Shown: one piece after another, positions 1-32,900 of the stretch
Layout: each line of letters begins with the position of its first letter
Numbering within the stretch: position 1 is the first letter of the stretch
From: Cetorhinus maximus
Taxonomy: Eukaryota
Length of the DNA: 64,000 nt
NCBI RefSeq assembly: GCF_964194155.1
Contig: NC_135891.1
Coordinates: 119,350,001 to 119,414,000 of the forward strand
Reading direction: 5' to 3'
The notes under the pieces: generated by a model
The model's database searches: none
Told to the model about the DNA's origin: nothing
What the model saw: the letters and a program-made list of their open reading frames with translations, nothing else
Made by a program: the position numbers and the translations under genes

Positions 1-739
1 GGATCAATCCTTTGAACTGTATCAGGGTCCCATGGGAATTCCATCTGCAGCCTGTAGATACAGTGTTGGATATTTTGGACAGGTGCCCATTCTTTGTCCC
101 AGTACAGCCTTAACCTTCTCAAGAATCATTGACCAATACAGCCCAATGGAAGGGATACAGATTGGCTTCATAGGAACAGGAGATGACCATTCAGCCCCTC
201 GAGCCTGTTCCACCATTCAGTTAGACCATGACTAACTTGTGCCTTCATACCATCTGTCCACCTTGGTTCTGTAACCCTTAGACTTTTGTTGGGTACGAGT
301 ACTATCAGCCTCAGATTTGGCATTTTCAATCAACTCCCAGCCTCAATTGCTTTTTGGGGGGGGGGAGAGTTGCAGGTTTCCACTCCCCTTTGCGTGAACA
401 AGCGTTCCCTGTCGTAACTTCTGAATAGGATTGGCTACCCTCCAGGATCAGTCTGGAGTCTTTAGGAATTAAAGATTATTCTGCTGAATACTGCTGCAAG
501 TAACCCTGGACGAATATCATAGAAGTACTCAAAACACTATGTGTGTGAGTGTGTGTTTTAGATGTTCTTTCAACACATTCGCTAATTAGTTATTGAAGTA
601 TTGGAGATGGGAAACAAAGGTTGTTTGACCAAGTCGGGCAGTGCATTTGGAGAACTTTTGAAGATTCCTCCAGGAATGTGCACACATCGAGCTGATATCC
701 TACCCCTGAATGGCCTCACTTAAGTTTTAAGGTTTTCCC

Positions 740-1060
740 CACAAACAATGTGGTAATGATTAAATAATCTGTTTTAGTGATATCAATTGAGGGGTAAATA
801 TTGGCCAGAATGCTGAATATAACTCCTTTATTCTTCTTCAAAACACCCACCATGGGATTTTTTACATCCACCTGAGAGGGCACTCAGGGCCTTGGTTTAA
901 GGTCTCATCCAAAGGTGGCACTGCTGACAGTGCAGCATTCCCTCAGAACTGCACTGAAGGATCAGCCTAGTTTATGTGCTCAAGTGTCTGGATTGAGGTT
1001 TGGAACCACAACCTTTTGGCTCAGAGGTGAGGGCGCTATCCACTCGACTATGGTTGACAC
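740..1060 (-). mobile_element. tRNA-derived SINE (shark HE1-like) downstream of the TM6SF2 stop; related copies at ~16480-16730, ~40010-40390, ~60730-61135, ~63720-64000
   Basis: Recurrent motifs gggatttttacatccacctgagaggg and ggccttggtttaaggtctcatccaaagg; family name from recall. Confidence 0.6.
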
Positions 1061-1142
1061 CTCATTTAACATCATTTCAATTATTTTAACAGCAGCAACA
1101 GTTGCGATCACCCTCAGCTTTTGCTCCACTTGGCCTGGGCTC

Positions 1143-19615
<18,473 letters not shown>

Positions 19616-19777
19616 CCTGGCGGCGGCCGAGAGGCGGCTCCGGTCCCGGGGCTGGAGCTCGGGCTGTTCCGGCTCTGGCTGCAGCCGCTGTTGTTTGGAT
19701 AGAGACTCTGACTGAGCGGAGGCAAAGGTCGCCAATCAAACACATCGAGAGAGGGAAAGAGAGAGAAGCATAGCAAC

Positions 19778-21092
19778 CAGGAACACCCCCTCCCGGGAAC
19801 ACCCCCTCCCAGGAACACAGCACCCGCCCCATCCCGGGAACACCCCCTCCCGGGAACACCCCCTCCCAGGAACACCCCCTCCCGGGAACACCCCCTCCCG
19901 GGAACACAGCACCCGCCCCCTCCCGGGAACACCCCCTCCCGGGAACACAGCACCCGCCCCCTCCCGGGAACACAGCACCCGCCCCATCCCGGGAACACAG
20001 CACCCACCCCCTCCCGGGAACACCCCCTCCCGGGAACACCCCCTCCCGGGAACACAGCACCCGCCCCCTCCCGGGAACACAGCGCCCACCCCCTCCCGGG
20101 AACACAGCACCCACCCCCTCCCGGGAACACAGCACCCACCCCCTCCCGGGAACACAGCACCCACCCCCTCCCGGGAACACAGCACCCGCCCCCTCCCGGG
20201 AACACAGCACCCGCCCCCTCCCGGGAACACAGCACCCGCCCCATCCCGGGAACACAGCACCCGCCCCCTCCCGGGAACACAGCACCCGCCCCCTCCCGGG
20301 AACACAGCACCCGCCCCCTCCCGGGAACACAGCACCCGCCCCCTCCCGGGAACACAGCACCCGCCCCCTCCCGGGAACACAGCACCCACCCCCTCCCGGG
20401 AACACAGCACCCGCCCCATCCTGGGAACACAGCACCCACCCCCTCCCGGGAACACAGCACCCGCTCCCGGGAACACAGCACCCGCCTCTTCCCGGGAACA
20501 CAGTACCCACCCCCTCCCGGTAACACAGCACCCACCCCCTCCCGGGAACACAACACCCACCCCCTCCCGGGAACACAACACCCACCCGCTCCCGGGAACA
20601 CAGCACCCGCCTCTTCCCGGGAACGCAGCACCCACCCCCTCCCGAGGACACAGCACCCGCTCCCGGGAACACAGCACCCGCCTCTTCCCGGGAACACAGT
20701 ACCCACCCCCTCCCGGTAACACAGCACCCACCCCCTCCCGGGAACACAACACCCACCCCCTCCCGGGAACACAACACCCACCCGCTCCCGGGAACACAGC
20801 ACCCGCCTCTTCCCGGGAACACAGCACCCACCCGCTCCCGGGAACACAGCACCCACCCCTTCCCGGGAACGCAGCACCCACCCCCTCTCGAGGACACAGC
20901 ATGCACCCACTCCCAGGGACATAACACTCACTCACAGCACCTACTCCCTCCCCGGGGACACAGCACCCGCTCCTGGGGACACAGCACCCACCCACCCCTT
21001 CCCCGGGGACACAGCACCCACCCACCCCTTCCCCGGGGACACAGCACCCACCCACCCTTCCCTGGGGACACAGCACCCACCCACCCACCCAC
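19778..21092 (+). repeat. GC-rich 25-bp/15-bp VNTR immediately upstream of TM6SF2
   Basis: Units gggaacacagcacccgccccctccc and gggaacaccccctccc, with a ~200-bp higher-order duplication in the distal half. Confidence 0.93.
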
Positions 21093-21329
21093 TCACGATC
21101 CCGCACACACACACTTCCTCCCAAACCTGCAAAGGAACACAACCAAAATCCGCAGGAACACAAAATCCAACCACACCTCCACCAGGAACATAACACTCAA
21201 CCCCAGAAACAGCCAGCCCCTCACCCCTCCCACCCACCCTCAACTGCATCACATCCCCAATACCCAAAAAGAACATTTGATCCCCATGTGCATCAGGGCA
21301 CTGTTGAGTGTTGATGGGATTGTTCTATT

Positions 21330-21778
21330 GGAAAGGGAGTGCAGAGGAGAGATTGGGCTGACTAGGCCCGTATTCACTGGAGTTTAGAAGAATGAGAACA
21401 GGGTCTCATTAAAATGTATAAATTCTAACAGGGCTGGACAGACTGGATGCAGCGATGATGTTTCTTCTGGCTGGGGGGGGCATCTAGAACAAGGAGTCAC
21501 AGTCTCAGGATACAGGGTATACAATCTAGGACTGAGATGAGCAGAAACTTCTTCACTCAGAGGGCGGTGAACCTGTGGAATTCTCTACCACAGAAGGCTG
21601 TGGAGGCCAAGTCACTGAATATACTTAGAAGGAAATAGATAGATTTCTGGACTCTAAAGGAATCAAGGGGTATGGGGAGAGAGCGGGAGCATGATGTTGA
21701 GATAGACAATCAGCCATGATCATATTGATTGGCAGAGCAGGCTCAAATTGCCGACTCCTGCTCCTATTTTTCTATGTC
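21330..21778 (+). mobile_element. CR1 LINE 3' fragment
   Basis: agaaacttcttcactcagagggcggtgaacctgtggaattc and CR1 3' UTR. Confidence 0.75.
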
Positions 21779-23218
21779 ACCAACTCCTTCCCCCTCCCTG
21801 ATAAGCATCACAAAGACTGCCCATTTCTATCTTTCTAACATGTCCATCTGATGCTGATGCCCACCTACAACTTGTTTACCTCCAACCTTGGCTATTCCAA
21901 CACACTCCGGGCTAGCTTCCCACATTCTACTTTCAGTTAATCTAAAACTCTACTGCCCATTTCTTGCCTCGCGTCTAGTCCCATTCACAGACGTGCTTCC
22001 AATCTGGTAACACTTCCATTTTGAAATTCATATCCTTGCTTTCATATCCCTTTTCGGCCAGGCTCCTTCCCATCTCTAATCTCCTCCAGCTCCACAACCC
22101 TCAGTGAGGGTCTCTTATTTCTCTCAGGGAATTGAGGGATATGGGCCAAAATCCTGGAATTCCCTTCCCAACAGCATTGTGGCTGCGCCTACACCACATG
22201 GACTGTAGGCGTTCAAGAAAGCAGCTCACCACCACCTTTCTCAAGGGCAATTAGGGATGGGCAACAAATGCCAGCCTAGCCAGTGACACCCATATTCTGT
22301 GAAAAAAAGATATCTGCACTCGTCCAATTCTGGCATCTTGAACATTGCCCTATTTTGAGCACTCCACTATTGGTGACCATGCCTTCAGCTGCCTAGACTT
22401 TAAGCTCTGGAACTTCCTCCCTAAACCTCTCCATCTTCCCCTTTAAAAGCATTCCTTAAAACTTATCTCTGACCAAGCCTTTGGCCACTTACCAGATCAT
22501 CTCCCTACATGCTTCAGAGTCAAAATTTTGACACTGCACCTCTGTGCAGTGTCCTGGGATGATTTACTACATTTGTAAGGTAGCGTTATTGTAAGTTATT
22601 GCTATTGTCGAGCAGAGGACAGTCAGGGCTCCTGCCCCAACTCACTGAAAAGTGAGCTAGTGTATTTGGGTGGACAATGGGTGATCTTTTTCGCACTCGA
22701 GCATTATGGAATCTTTGGAATTCTCTACTTCAAAGGGCTGTAGATGCTCCATTGTTGAGTATATGCAAAGCTGAGATAGATGGATTTTTGGTCTCAGGGA
22801 ATTAAGGGATATAGGGAGAAGGCAGGAAAGTGGAATAGAGGTAGAAAATTAGCCACGATCGTATTGAATGGCAGAGTAACCTTGATGGGCCATAGGGTCT
22901 ACTCCGGCACCTATTTCCTCTGATCTTGTGACAGGATTTGTCTCTGTGTTGTCCCACATAGTCCAATAACCTGTGAACAGTTTACTGTCCTGTCGGGATA
23001 AATCAGTTCCAGACATTGGTTGGGCCATATTTAGAATCGGGTATCTAATTGCCCAGTCTCTCTGCTGCTCCCTCAGAAATCAGCTCGCCCAACATGATCC
23101 AGGAATCAAACCTGGGTCTTTCTCACCTGCGAGATGCAGTTACATAATGTCCAATGTAAAAACTGGCTTCCTTAAAAAAATAAAAATCAAGACTCACGTG
23201 ATGTTTAGAATGATAAAA

Positions 23219-23224
23219 TTTATT
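23219..23224 (-). other. Probable SUGP1 polyadenylation signal (AATAAA)
   Basis: AATAAA on the - strand ~690 nt after the stop, followed by a T-rich tract (23172-23190). Confidence 0.55.
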
Positions 23225-23908
23225 TAAGCACAAACATGCAGCAGTTCCTACATTTTGCAAGAAAATATTTGAATGACATTCTTCTAGAGATTAAAAGGTT
23301 ACTGAGCGACTACCAGAGATGTCCAAAACGGTTGAGATTTCTCCTGCCGGATGTCAGGGCCTCAGTAACATATCCTCAGGTTTCTCTCCAAGTGTTTAAA
23401 ACAGCTACACAGGGAAGGCAAAGAATTCCTCTCCCTCAGCCACAGGCCCAAGACACACACAGCAGAGTGAGACACACTGCTGTCTCCTCTTGCACTGGAA
23501 TCTCCAGAGTGGCCATATGAGGAAGGAGGAGAGGGTTGGACTGTGCTCCCCAATCTACCAAGACTCTCCATTGTTATAATCTTTTCTGCTTACTGTCAGA
23601 TTCAGCAGGAATTGAACAAGACATTCAAAAAACTCTTCATTTTGGGATCTCCTTTTCTCTGCACGGTCCTCATCGCTGTGTGGTGAAGGAAAGGGCTCCT
23701 TTGAGTCCAGAAAGGTAATTGGGAGGAATGTGGCCCAATAGCAGTGGTACAGAAAGTTCCGGCATTGTTTTTCAGGGAAATCCAACTCGAGTTCATCCCT
23801 CGCAAGCACGGTCATCTGATCACTGCACCATTGAAGAACCAAACTAAACATCACAGCCAAGGATTGAATGGTAAAGTCTCCTTGTATCTGTGTGTGCAGG
23901 TGTAGGAG

Positions 23909-23935
23909 TCAGTAATAAGGCCTCCTCGGGTTGTT
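23909..23935 (-). CDS. SUGP1: SUGP1 exon 14 (last coding exon)
   Basis: tttcag|AAC AAC CCG AGG AGG CCT TAT TAC TGA = NNPRRPYY*. Confidence 0.93.
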   Translation of the reverse strand, partial: NNPRRPYY

Positions 23936-26900
23936 CTGAAACAAAGGAAGGTCCAGTGTTACTTCATACAAGGAATGTCAGGCAGCAAAAAGAACAAATG
24001 GCCCAGTAAACCTGGCTGACACACCAGGATGGTTGGAGCATGACCAGCTCTGCCTATCCCTCCACATCACATTCCCTCTAGAGTCATATAATCTCCTAGG
24101 AAAAGGCAAAATAAACGGGAGAAAAACCCAGAGATAATAAGGGGAAATAATAATCTGGAAAATGTTCAAGTCAGCAGCTTCATGGGAAACTCTCAAACCT
24201 TAGACAAGTACAGCCACTATAACAGAGCAAGGCAGGACAGAGCATTCCGCTTGATTGCCCTGTGGACTCGATATCCTCCATCACCCTTGCACAGTGGCTA
24301 GAGTCTGAACAAACTGTGGGATTCACTGCAGCAACTCGCCACAGTCACTGCAACAGTACTGCTTCCCGTGCCCTCCCACTGAGGATAAGGGCAGCAATGC
24401 AGTAGGAGCACCATCACCTCCCAGTCTCTCTCAGAATCAAAGAATAATATAGGACAAGGAGGCCAATTGTCCCAATGTCTTATCCAATTAGGAACATAGG
24501 AACAGGAGGCCAATCAGTCCCTCAAGTCTCTGCTATCATTCAATCAGGCCATTCAGCCCCTCAAGTCTGTTACATCAACCAAAAGGAAAGCAGCATCTTT
24601 TATTTTCAAATTTAAGATTCCAAATCCAGAGATCATGGTCTTTACAGAGAGTAGGTGGTTCTCAGGTGATCTGAATAAATTCATAAAATTGGAACGTTGA
24701 ATTCAGTGCGCCCAGCATTGACAGTGGCGAGAGTTCTTGGCCCTTCCTCCGCCTCATGTGCATGTTGTGATCACCTACCAGCGGGTTGGGCCTGAACCTG
24801 TAGGCCAGCATCATCCGCTTGCGGAATGCCTCATACTCGTCATCGTCTTTATTCAGCTCTGCTGGTCGATCGATACCAAACCCGGCTCCGTCAACTGCCG
24901 TGGTGCCTCTGCAGGCAAAAAAAAGAGAGGGAAGTGGAGAGGCTAGAGAAGCTGGCATTTATCTCCTTAAAGCAGAGATAGGTAGAAAGATTTAAAATCA
25001 AAATTACTGGGGGTTTTGAGAGAGTAAATGTGGAGAGGCAGTTTCCAGTCATAAGAAGGTTGGAAAGGGGAGAGGAGAAGAATTTTTTTTTTTTTGCATG
25101 AGCTGTTCCATTCTGGAATTAGATTGCGATTAAAAAGCATTGGATTCCGGAGGATTGACATGTGTGAGGGAGATTCCCTCCAGCTAACCCTGCAAGGAAT
25201 AACTTTGGCTGTGTTGAGAATATAACTCAGGCAGTGGCCTGATGCTGCTCGATTTCCTGCTCGAGTCTGTTGGCCATCTCGTTGTTCACACTAGCTTCAG
25301 ATGGGCATCCGAATTGGAAAATTAAAATGAGGATGGGGGATTAAAATCAGCCTCTTTGCGGGATTGGGTGGTTAAAATAACCACTCACATCCCTCCCCTT
25401 TAAACATACATTACTGGCACTTCTAAAACATGTACAACGATACTGAGGAATGCTGGTTGCAGAATGGTGTGCAGACATCTAAAAGCTCCCTCCCTTTCCC
25501 CCAGTTTAGGCAACAGAATATGGGATTATTTCATATATCAGAGCCTAGTTGGCCTACTACTATTTCAGTACCTGGGAACGGGAGCTTTGATGCCTTGTCC
25601 CTCTGAGCCCAATCCATCGCCCTCCTTCCAGCCCATTTTCATCAGCATCTGGTAACCAATGTTCTCCACAGTAATTTTGAAATCCTTGTAGTCGGAGTAA
25701 TCAGGCTCTCTCCCTTCCTGTGAAAGACAGACAAGAAAGTGTTGAAGTATTCAGACGCACGGAATAATGGCAGGGGAAGTGTGTGTGCACGCACTTCACC
25801 CCTGCGCTCACTAACCTACATCGGCACCTGGTTCAGCAACCCCTCGCTTTTAAAATTCTTATCCTAGATTTTCAAAACTCTCCACTGCCTCCCCCATTAC
25901 TATCTCTGTAATCTTCAGCCCAACAACCTTCCCAAGGTCTCTGCGCTCCTTCAATTCATATGCAATGATTTTCTTCACTCCACAACTGGCAGCAATGTGC
26001 CTTTATAAATTTTTTCTGTAGTGGGTGACTATTTGTTTACATGCATCGGCCCTTGAATTTTTATGCTCAGCCACATGTGCAGTCACTTAGAGAGGCCAAA
26101 TTGTGCGCAGCCTACGTGGGGACCTTTGGGTTGCTACACGATCATGCAGCGTGGAGGAAACATTGATTGGCAGCCAATCCTCAACAATCTAGTCCCGAAC
26201 CACTGGAATTCCCTCCATTAGCTTGTCAATCTCCCTCTCTTCTTTCCTCCAAGATATTCTTCAACATTAAAATCTTTGACCAAGCTTTCAGTTCAACTGT
26301 CCTATTTTCGCCTTAGGTGGATCATCATCAGCTATTATCTGATGATGCATCTTGGGATGTTTTTATTATGTTAAAGGCACTACATAAATGCAAGTCCATA
26401 CATTAGTGGTATGTTACATGGAATATCATAGGTGTACAGCCTGTACCTTTCTGATGTGCACTAGCTACAATCAAGGTACTGTTAGCTGTGCAGGGCCTTG
26501 CAAAAGTCACTTTTTTACTACATGCGCAAGTCCAATCCATATCAACATACTTCATCAATAGAAAAGCCTGGCTCCCCGATTAAGGCTAGCTTGAATGAAC
26601 TGAAATGGAATTGGAAAAACACAAGCGATGAACCTTTCCCCTGTCTACTGACTGTGGAGTATAGCATGAAATGAGTTGGGCAAGTCTCAATCCAGTTCCT
26701 ATTAGATATAAGCACACAGCATAGAACAGCTCCTAATATGGCCCTAAATCTCACTGTCAGAACACCAAGGCGGCTGGTGTGGAAAAGAAAATGTCACACC
26801 AATGCAGTGGGGCCCTCTTTGGAATTTGACCTGAAGCACATTTGTTGGGTCAATGTAGAGGGGGCTTTAATCTGTATCTAGCCCCATGCTGTACCTGCCC

Positions 26901-29900
26901 TGGTAAAGATAGGAAAGAGTTATTCAAAGTAGCAATAGCCATTTTCCACTTAGTATTATTTCTGGATAAGCTAACGTACCTTTAGAGCTTTGAACGTCTC
27001 CATGAATTTGTCCAGTTCATCAGGGGGTAGGAAGTCTCCAATGAAGTGCTTCCCGCGACCCATCTCGGTCAGTTGTTCTGCCCATTCTATCAAGAACAGA
27101 ACAAACCATGATGCAATATAGGCAACTAGCTGTGTGAAACACTACTAATGCTGTGCTCTTCCAAAGGCCAGATGACTTCAAGAAGTAGAAATGGGGATAG
27201 GCCAATCGGCCCCTCGAGCCTGCTCTACTATTCAATAAGATCATGGCTGATCTTCTACCCTAACTCCACCTTCCCTGACACTATATCCCTTGATAGTATC
27301 CAAAAACCTATCTCTGCCTTGAATATACTCAACAACTGAGCATCCACAGCCCTCCAGTATAGAGAATTCCAAAGATAGTGAAAAAATTTCTCATCTTAGT
27401 CCTAAATATGGCTGACCCCCATTATGAGACAGTGATCCCTCTTTCTAGACTCACCAGATAGGGGAAACAGACTCTCAGCATGTACTGTGTCAATCCCCTT
27501 AAGACAACAGAGAACATGACCAGAGGTTTTCAAACAAGGAAGAACATATAGGAATAAGAACATAAGAAATAGGAACAGGAGTGGACCATTTGGCCCTTCG
27601 AGCCTGCTTCGCCATTCACTAAGACCATGGCTGAGCTTCTTGTGTTTCGATTTCCACGTTCCCATCTACCCCGATAACCTTTTGATTCCCTTGCCTAACA
27701 AGAATCTACCTACGTCTGCCTTAAAAATATTCAATGACCCTGCTTCCACCACCGTCTGAGGCAGAGAATTCCAAAGTCGCACAACCCTCAGAAAATTTCT
27801 CCTCATCTCTGTTCTAAAAGGGCGACTCCTAATTTTAAAACAGTGCCCCCTAGTTCTGGACTCACCCACAAGAGGAAACATCCTTTCTACGTCCACCTTG
27901 TCAAGGCCATTCAGGATCTTATATACTTAAATCAGATCATCCCTCACTCTTCTAAACTCCAGTGGAAACAAGCCCAGCCTGTCCAGCCTTTCCTCATAAG
28001 ACAACCCACTCATTCCACGTATCAATCTAGTAAACCTCCTTTGAACCGCCTCCAATGCATTTACATCCTTCCTTAAATAAGGGGACCAAAACTGTACACA
28101 GTATTCGAGGTGCAGTCTCACCAATGCCCTGTATAGCCGAAGCATAACATCCTTACTTTTATGTTCAATCCCTCGCTTAATAAAGGATAGCATTCCATTA
28201 GCCTTCTTAATTACTTATTGTACCTGCATACTAACTTTTTGTGACTCATGTACTAGAACACCTAGATCTCTCTGCATCTCAGAATTATGCAGCTGTTCTC
28301 CATTTAAGAAATACTCTGCTTTTTTTGAATTCAATCCCAATTCGGTCTGTAACCGTTTTCCCCGATGTAGTATTGTCAGAGCCCTTGAAGGCAATTACAC
28401 TAAGTAGAAAGGAAGAGAAAACCTGCACTGATGACCCCAGGATGTCCCAAAGTGCTTCACAGCCAATGAAGTATGTTTGAAGCGTTGTCTTTTGGATAAG
28501 CTCAGATCACCAGAAGACTCAGCACATCTAGGCATCACCCGTGGTGATGCCACCCCGCTGGTTAAATCCTTTACAATCTGCTTAAACCTGAACCACTGCA
28601 GACTGCCATGTCCCTATGTTTATCTCTGACCTCTATAGACTGTTGTGATCTCATGTTTACCTCTGGTCTTCTCCATCTCCATATGCCGCAGACGATGTTC
28701 CCAGGTGCCAGCATCACCGTCGATTTCCTCGTCGCTGTCATACTCGTGTCTGTGATCTTGAATGGCTTTCTCCCACATCATCTGCATCTCCTGCATGGCT
28801 TGCTTGTGCTTCATGATCATGTCGTACATTTGCTGCATCTGTAAACCACCCAGAATTCACTTCAGCCATCCTGCCAAATGTCCACAGGTTGCTTCAGTTC
28901 CCTCATGTACAACCTGTCCAATATTTCTCTCCTTAAATGGTAATCTCTTTCCCTATCGCCCTGCCTGGTTCCTCTGTTAGTGCCCCTGTATAGCTCTCCC
29001 ATGCTCTCTGTAAACACCCCTACCTAATTCCTCTCCAGCTCTCTCTAACTCTGCTGGGCTGCTTCCCTATTCTGGTGATATTGCTGCACAATCCCTCTGC
29101 CTCTCTCTGTAAGTGACCCTGCCTGGTTTCTGCCCCTTTGTAAATAACACTGCCTGGTTCTCCTCTCTCTCCCTCCGTAGCTACCATTTTTCAGTGTCAG
29201 TTTCTCTCTTTCTCTGTGTCTCCCCTTCCCCATCAGCATCTGTGCCTGTCTCCTTTCTTTAGGTGATTATCACTAATATCTGTGTCCTGTATTTCTCTCT
29301 GTTGGCCTAGTGATCCTCTCTTTCTCTGGAAATGCAACCGTACACCCTCTCCTCTCTCCAAGCATCGCAGCCCACAATCCCCAGTGCAGTTCATTTCTCT
29401 AATCTTACATTAAATCAGTAGCTTCTCAAGGACAATTAGGGGATGGACAATAAATGCCGATCTTGCCAGTGACACTCATGATCCATAACTGAATTTTTAA
29501 AAAAGCTTTACTTTTAGGTCAGTTTTGGAGAGGTTGCCACGAAACGGGCGCATTTTGAAAAGCAGAAGAGGCTTCATTTCTTCAAAGCGCTAATCAGGAA
29601 GGAGTGAGCAAAGTGAGGAAAGTCAGCAACCTAGTACCAGAGTGTTTAATCAAAGGTGACTGCCTTCAGCTGACAACGCTGTAGGTCAGAATCAAAACAG
29701 GACAGAGTAATAGTGCCTAGAAACAGGCAGCCTCCAACCCCTGCTGCTGCCGCAGAAATGGTGGTGTCCTGCATGACTGCAGGGCTGCGCTCCCCTTGGC
29801 CACACCCTGCCATTAAAGATCATCTCACTGGAATTTACCTCCTGCTGTTCCTTCAACTGTTTCTTCTGTGCATCACTGAGCTCGTTGACTCCCACCAATC

Positions 29901-32900
29901 CGACCGGCTTACCTTTCTGATAGCCAAGCCCCTTCAAATCCTGAGCTGCAATCACACACACATACACACAAGAGGCATTACTTCAGCATGAGTTAATAGT
30001 TTGGCACTTAAAACAAAATTCTGGAGCCCACGTATCCCTTCACAATGGTTCGACATGACTCTGGGCCTCCACTCCCCCAGCATATAGCCCAGGCTGGAAT
30101 TTCCCATCACTTCCCTCTCCCTACAGAAAAGGAAGACAACGGGAATGTTGCTCAGAAGCAAGGCAATCGCAGCTTTCACACAGTGTCTGAAAGAACTGCA
30201 GAATCATACAGCACGGATAGAAGCCAATTCAGCCCTTTGTGTCTGTGCCAGCTCTTTAAAGGGTTAATTTCCCTCTTCCTGCTCTTTGCCCATAGCCCTG
30301 CAAATTTTTCCCTTTCAAATATTCACTGCAGTTTTCTGGTGTCTTTGCTTCCACACTTTGCTGTGTGAGAAGCATTGAGCATGAACCCAGGAACTTGCAA
30401 TCGACAGCTCACTGTGTGGAGCATTATTTGGGTGAGGTCAATCCCCCAGTGTTGCTCAGTGTTCAAAGTACCGCTAACTTTGAGCCCCGCTTCGGACCAT
30501 GTCCTCTGATGCAAAGGTTAGTGACACTCCAATTTAACCATCAATCATACAGTGATAATCCACTAATACAGAGTGCAAGAAAATGTACTCGGTACAAACC
30601 GATTGGCATAGGGAAATTGGGGTGCCAGGGTTCAGGAAGACACATGTTCAGGCTCCAACAACTGTAGCTTTAAAAAGGATGAAGGCCCTGCAATCGGAGG
30701 AGCATAGCTACCGATCAGCACAGAAGGCCACGTTCCTTTTGTACCTGAGCACCAATGTAGAGCTGACAGGGATTGTATCCCCACTACAAGAGTCAAAGAA
30801 TTTTTAACAATAGGAAAAGACCATTTGGTGCAACAAGCCCATCCCTTTCCTCACACAATGACTCCACCTATCCACTTTCTCCCCATATCTCTCAAACCAA
30901 CCTTCTTTCTCTAGAAACGTATCCACTTTCCCCTTGCACCCGTTTATACTATCCACCCTCCTTGGCACTACTGCGCCACTCTAGGTTGCACCTCAGCCTG
31001 GTCTTACCCCTGACTTTGTGCCATGGGACTGACGAGACCATTTCCTTCTTCACAGAACTTACTTGTTAAGCCAGGCACTTGCATCGATAATGCCAATTCA
31101 GGAGGAGGAAGCTCAATCTTGTCATCCTCTGGGCCCCATCGGCTCTTCTTTTTCTTTTTAAGCGAAGAGGAGGAGGAGGAAGATGAAGGTGCTGGTACGG
31201 GTGCAGGCTCGGAGGGTGAGCCACCGGAAACAGGCTCAGGAGAACTCTTCCGCTTTTGAGTGGCGGGAGAGGATATTGCCATCAAGCTGGCTTGGACGGC
31301 CTTCTGCGCAATGGTCTTGACTTTACAGAAGACTTCAACTGTGTCCCTGTAGTATCGATATGCATCGGTATTCTGCTCATACAGAAACCTACAGTGACAA
31401 AAAGAGTGTCTGGTGCTTCAGTGCTAGAGAACTGCATGCTCAGAATCACAAAGATTAACATTACAGAAGGAAAAAGGTCACTCAGCCCATCTGCTACTAC
31501 CTGTTCTCTGACGGAGTTATCCATCGAGACCCCTGTCCTCTTCCACATCCTTTAAAATTCCTCTTTTCCAAAAATTTCTCTACATCCTTTTGAAGGCGGC
31601 TCTTCGGCCCATCGTTCCTGTGTGGAAAGCTATTAGATTCTACTTCCACCACTACTGCTGATGGGGCCTCTCATATCCCAACAACCCTCTGCGCAAAAGA
31701 AAAATAATTCTCCTAAAGTCTCTGCTATCCTTGGGTGACAATATAGACTACACACCCTCTGATTTACTAACCGGTGGAAATAGTTTGGCATTTTATCTTA
31801 TCAAAACCACTCATACTTTGAGCGCCTCTATCAAGTCTCTGTTCCATGGGGCAGAATTTTATGACAGCAGGATTTTACGTTCCCGCTGTCGCCAATGGGA
31901 TTTATAACGGCCCGCCGCATTTTACAGCCCCGTCCCCGCCGAAACGGGTCGTATAATTCTGCCCATAGTCTCTCACCATAACTAAATATCTCCCCTTTGG
32001 CACCCTAAAAAAACTCAACACCCTCACCTTCACATCATTCCTAAAGTAAGGCTCCGAGACTGGCCAGAACAACAGCTTGCACTTATATAGCATCTTTGAT
32101 ATAGTAAAGCATTCCAATGAGCTTTCCAGGAATGACTATCAAACAAATTTGATATAGAGCACAAAAGGAGATATTAGAACAGGTACCCAAAGTTTGGTTA
32201 ATGAGATAGGATTTAAGGCGCATCTTGAAGGAGAGAGGTGGAGAGGTTTTGGGGGTGGTTGGGGGGGTTTAGCAGGGGATGGAATTCCAAAGCTTAGGGC
32301 TCAGCAGCTGACAGCACGGCCACCAATGGTGGAGTGATTAAAATCAGAAATGCTCAGGACATACTTAAGGGCAACAATTGGTGGCAGGGCCTTCCCACGA
32401 CGGACTTAATCAAGGCAGAGGTGGGAAGGTGGCATGATTTCCCCCCAACCCCTTACCAAGCTTCCCACAGCAGGGGCAAGGGCATTAAATTCTGCCCCAG
32501 GTGTCTTAAAGACTCATCCACAGAAAAAGTGATGAATCTATCCTTAAACTGTCTGGTCATTTATCCCAATCCTGTTTGTGGGACCTTGCCATGCACAAAT
32601 TGGCTGACACCTTTCTTACATCGAGTGAAATGGGCCTATATTCTGTGGAGTTTAGAAAAATTAGAAATCTCATTGATACCTAAGAATTAAATCTCATTGG
32701 TATATATAAAATTCTTAAGGAGCTTGACAGGGTAGATGCTGAGAAGCTGTTTTCCCCTGGCTGGACAACCTAGAACTATGGGGGTCATAGTCTCAGAATA
32801 AGGGGTCGGAAACTTAGGACCAAGAGGAGGAAACATCTTCACTTGGAGGGTCATGTATCTTTGGAATGCTCTATCCCAATGATGATGCTCTATGGATGCT

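Noticed and set aside
19616-19735. In-frame N-terminal extension of TM6SF2 (ORF track starts at 19735)
   Set aside because: Start is a non-ATG codon; the ATG at 19615 aligns with homolog N-termini
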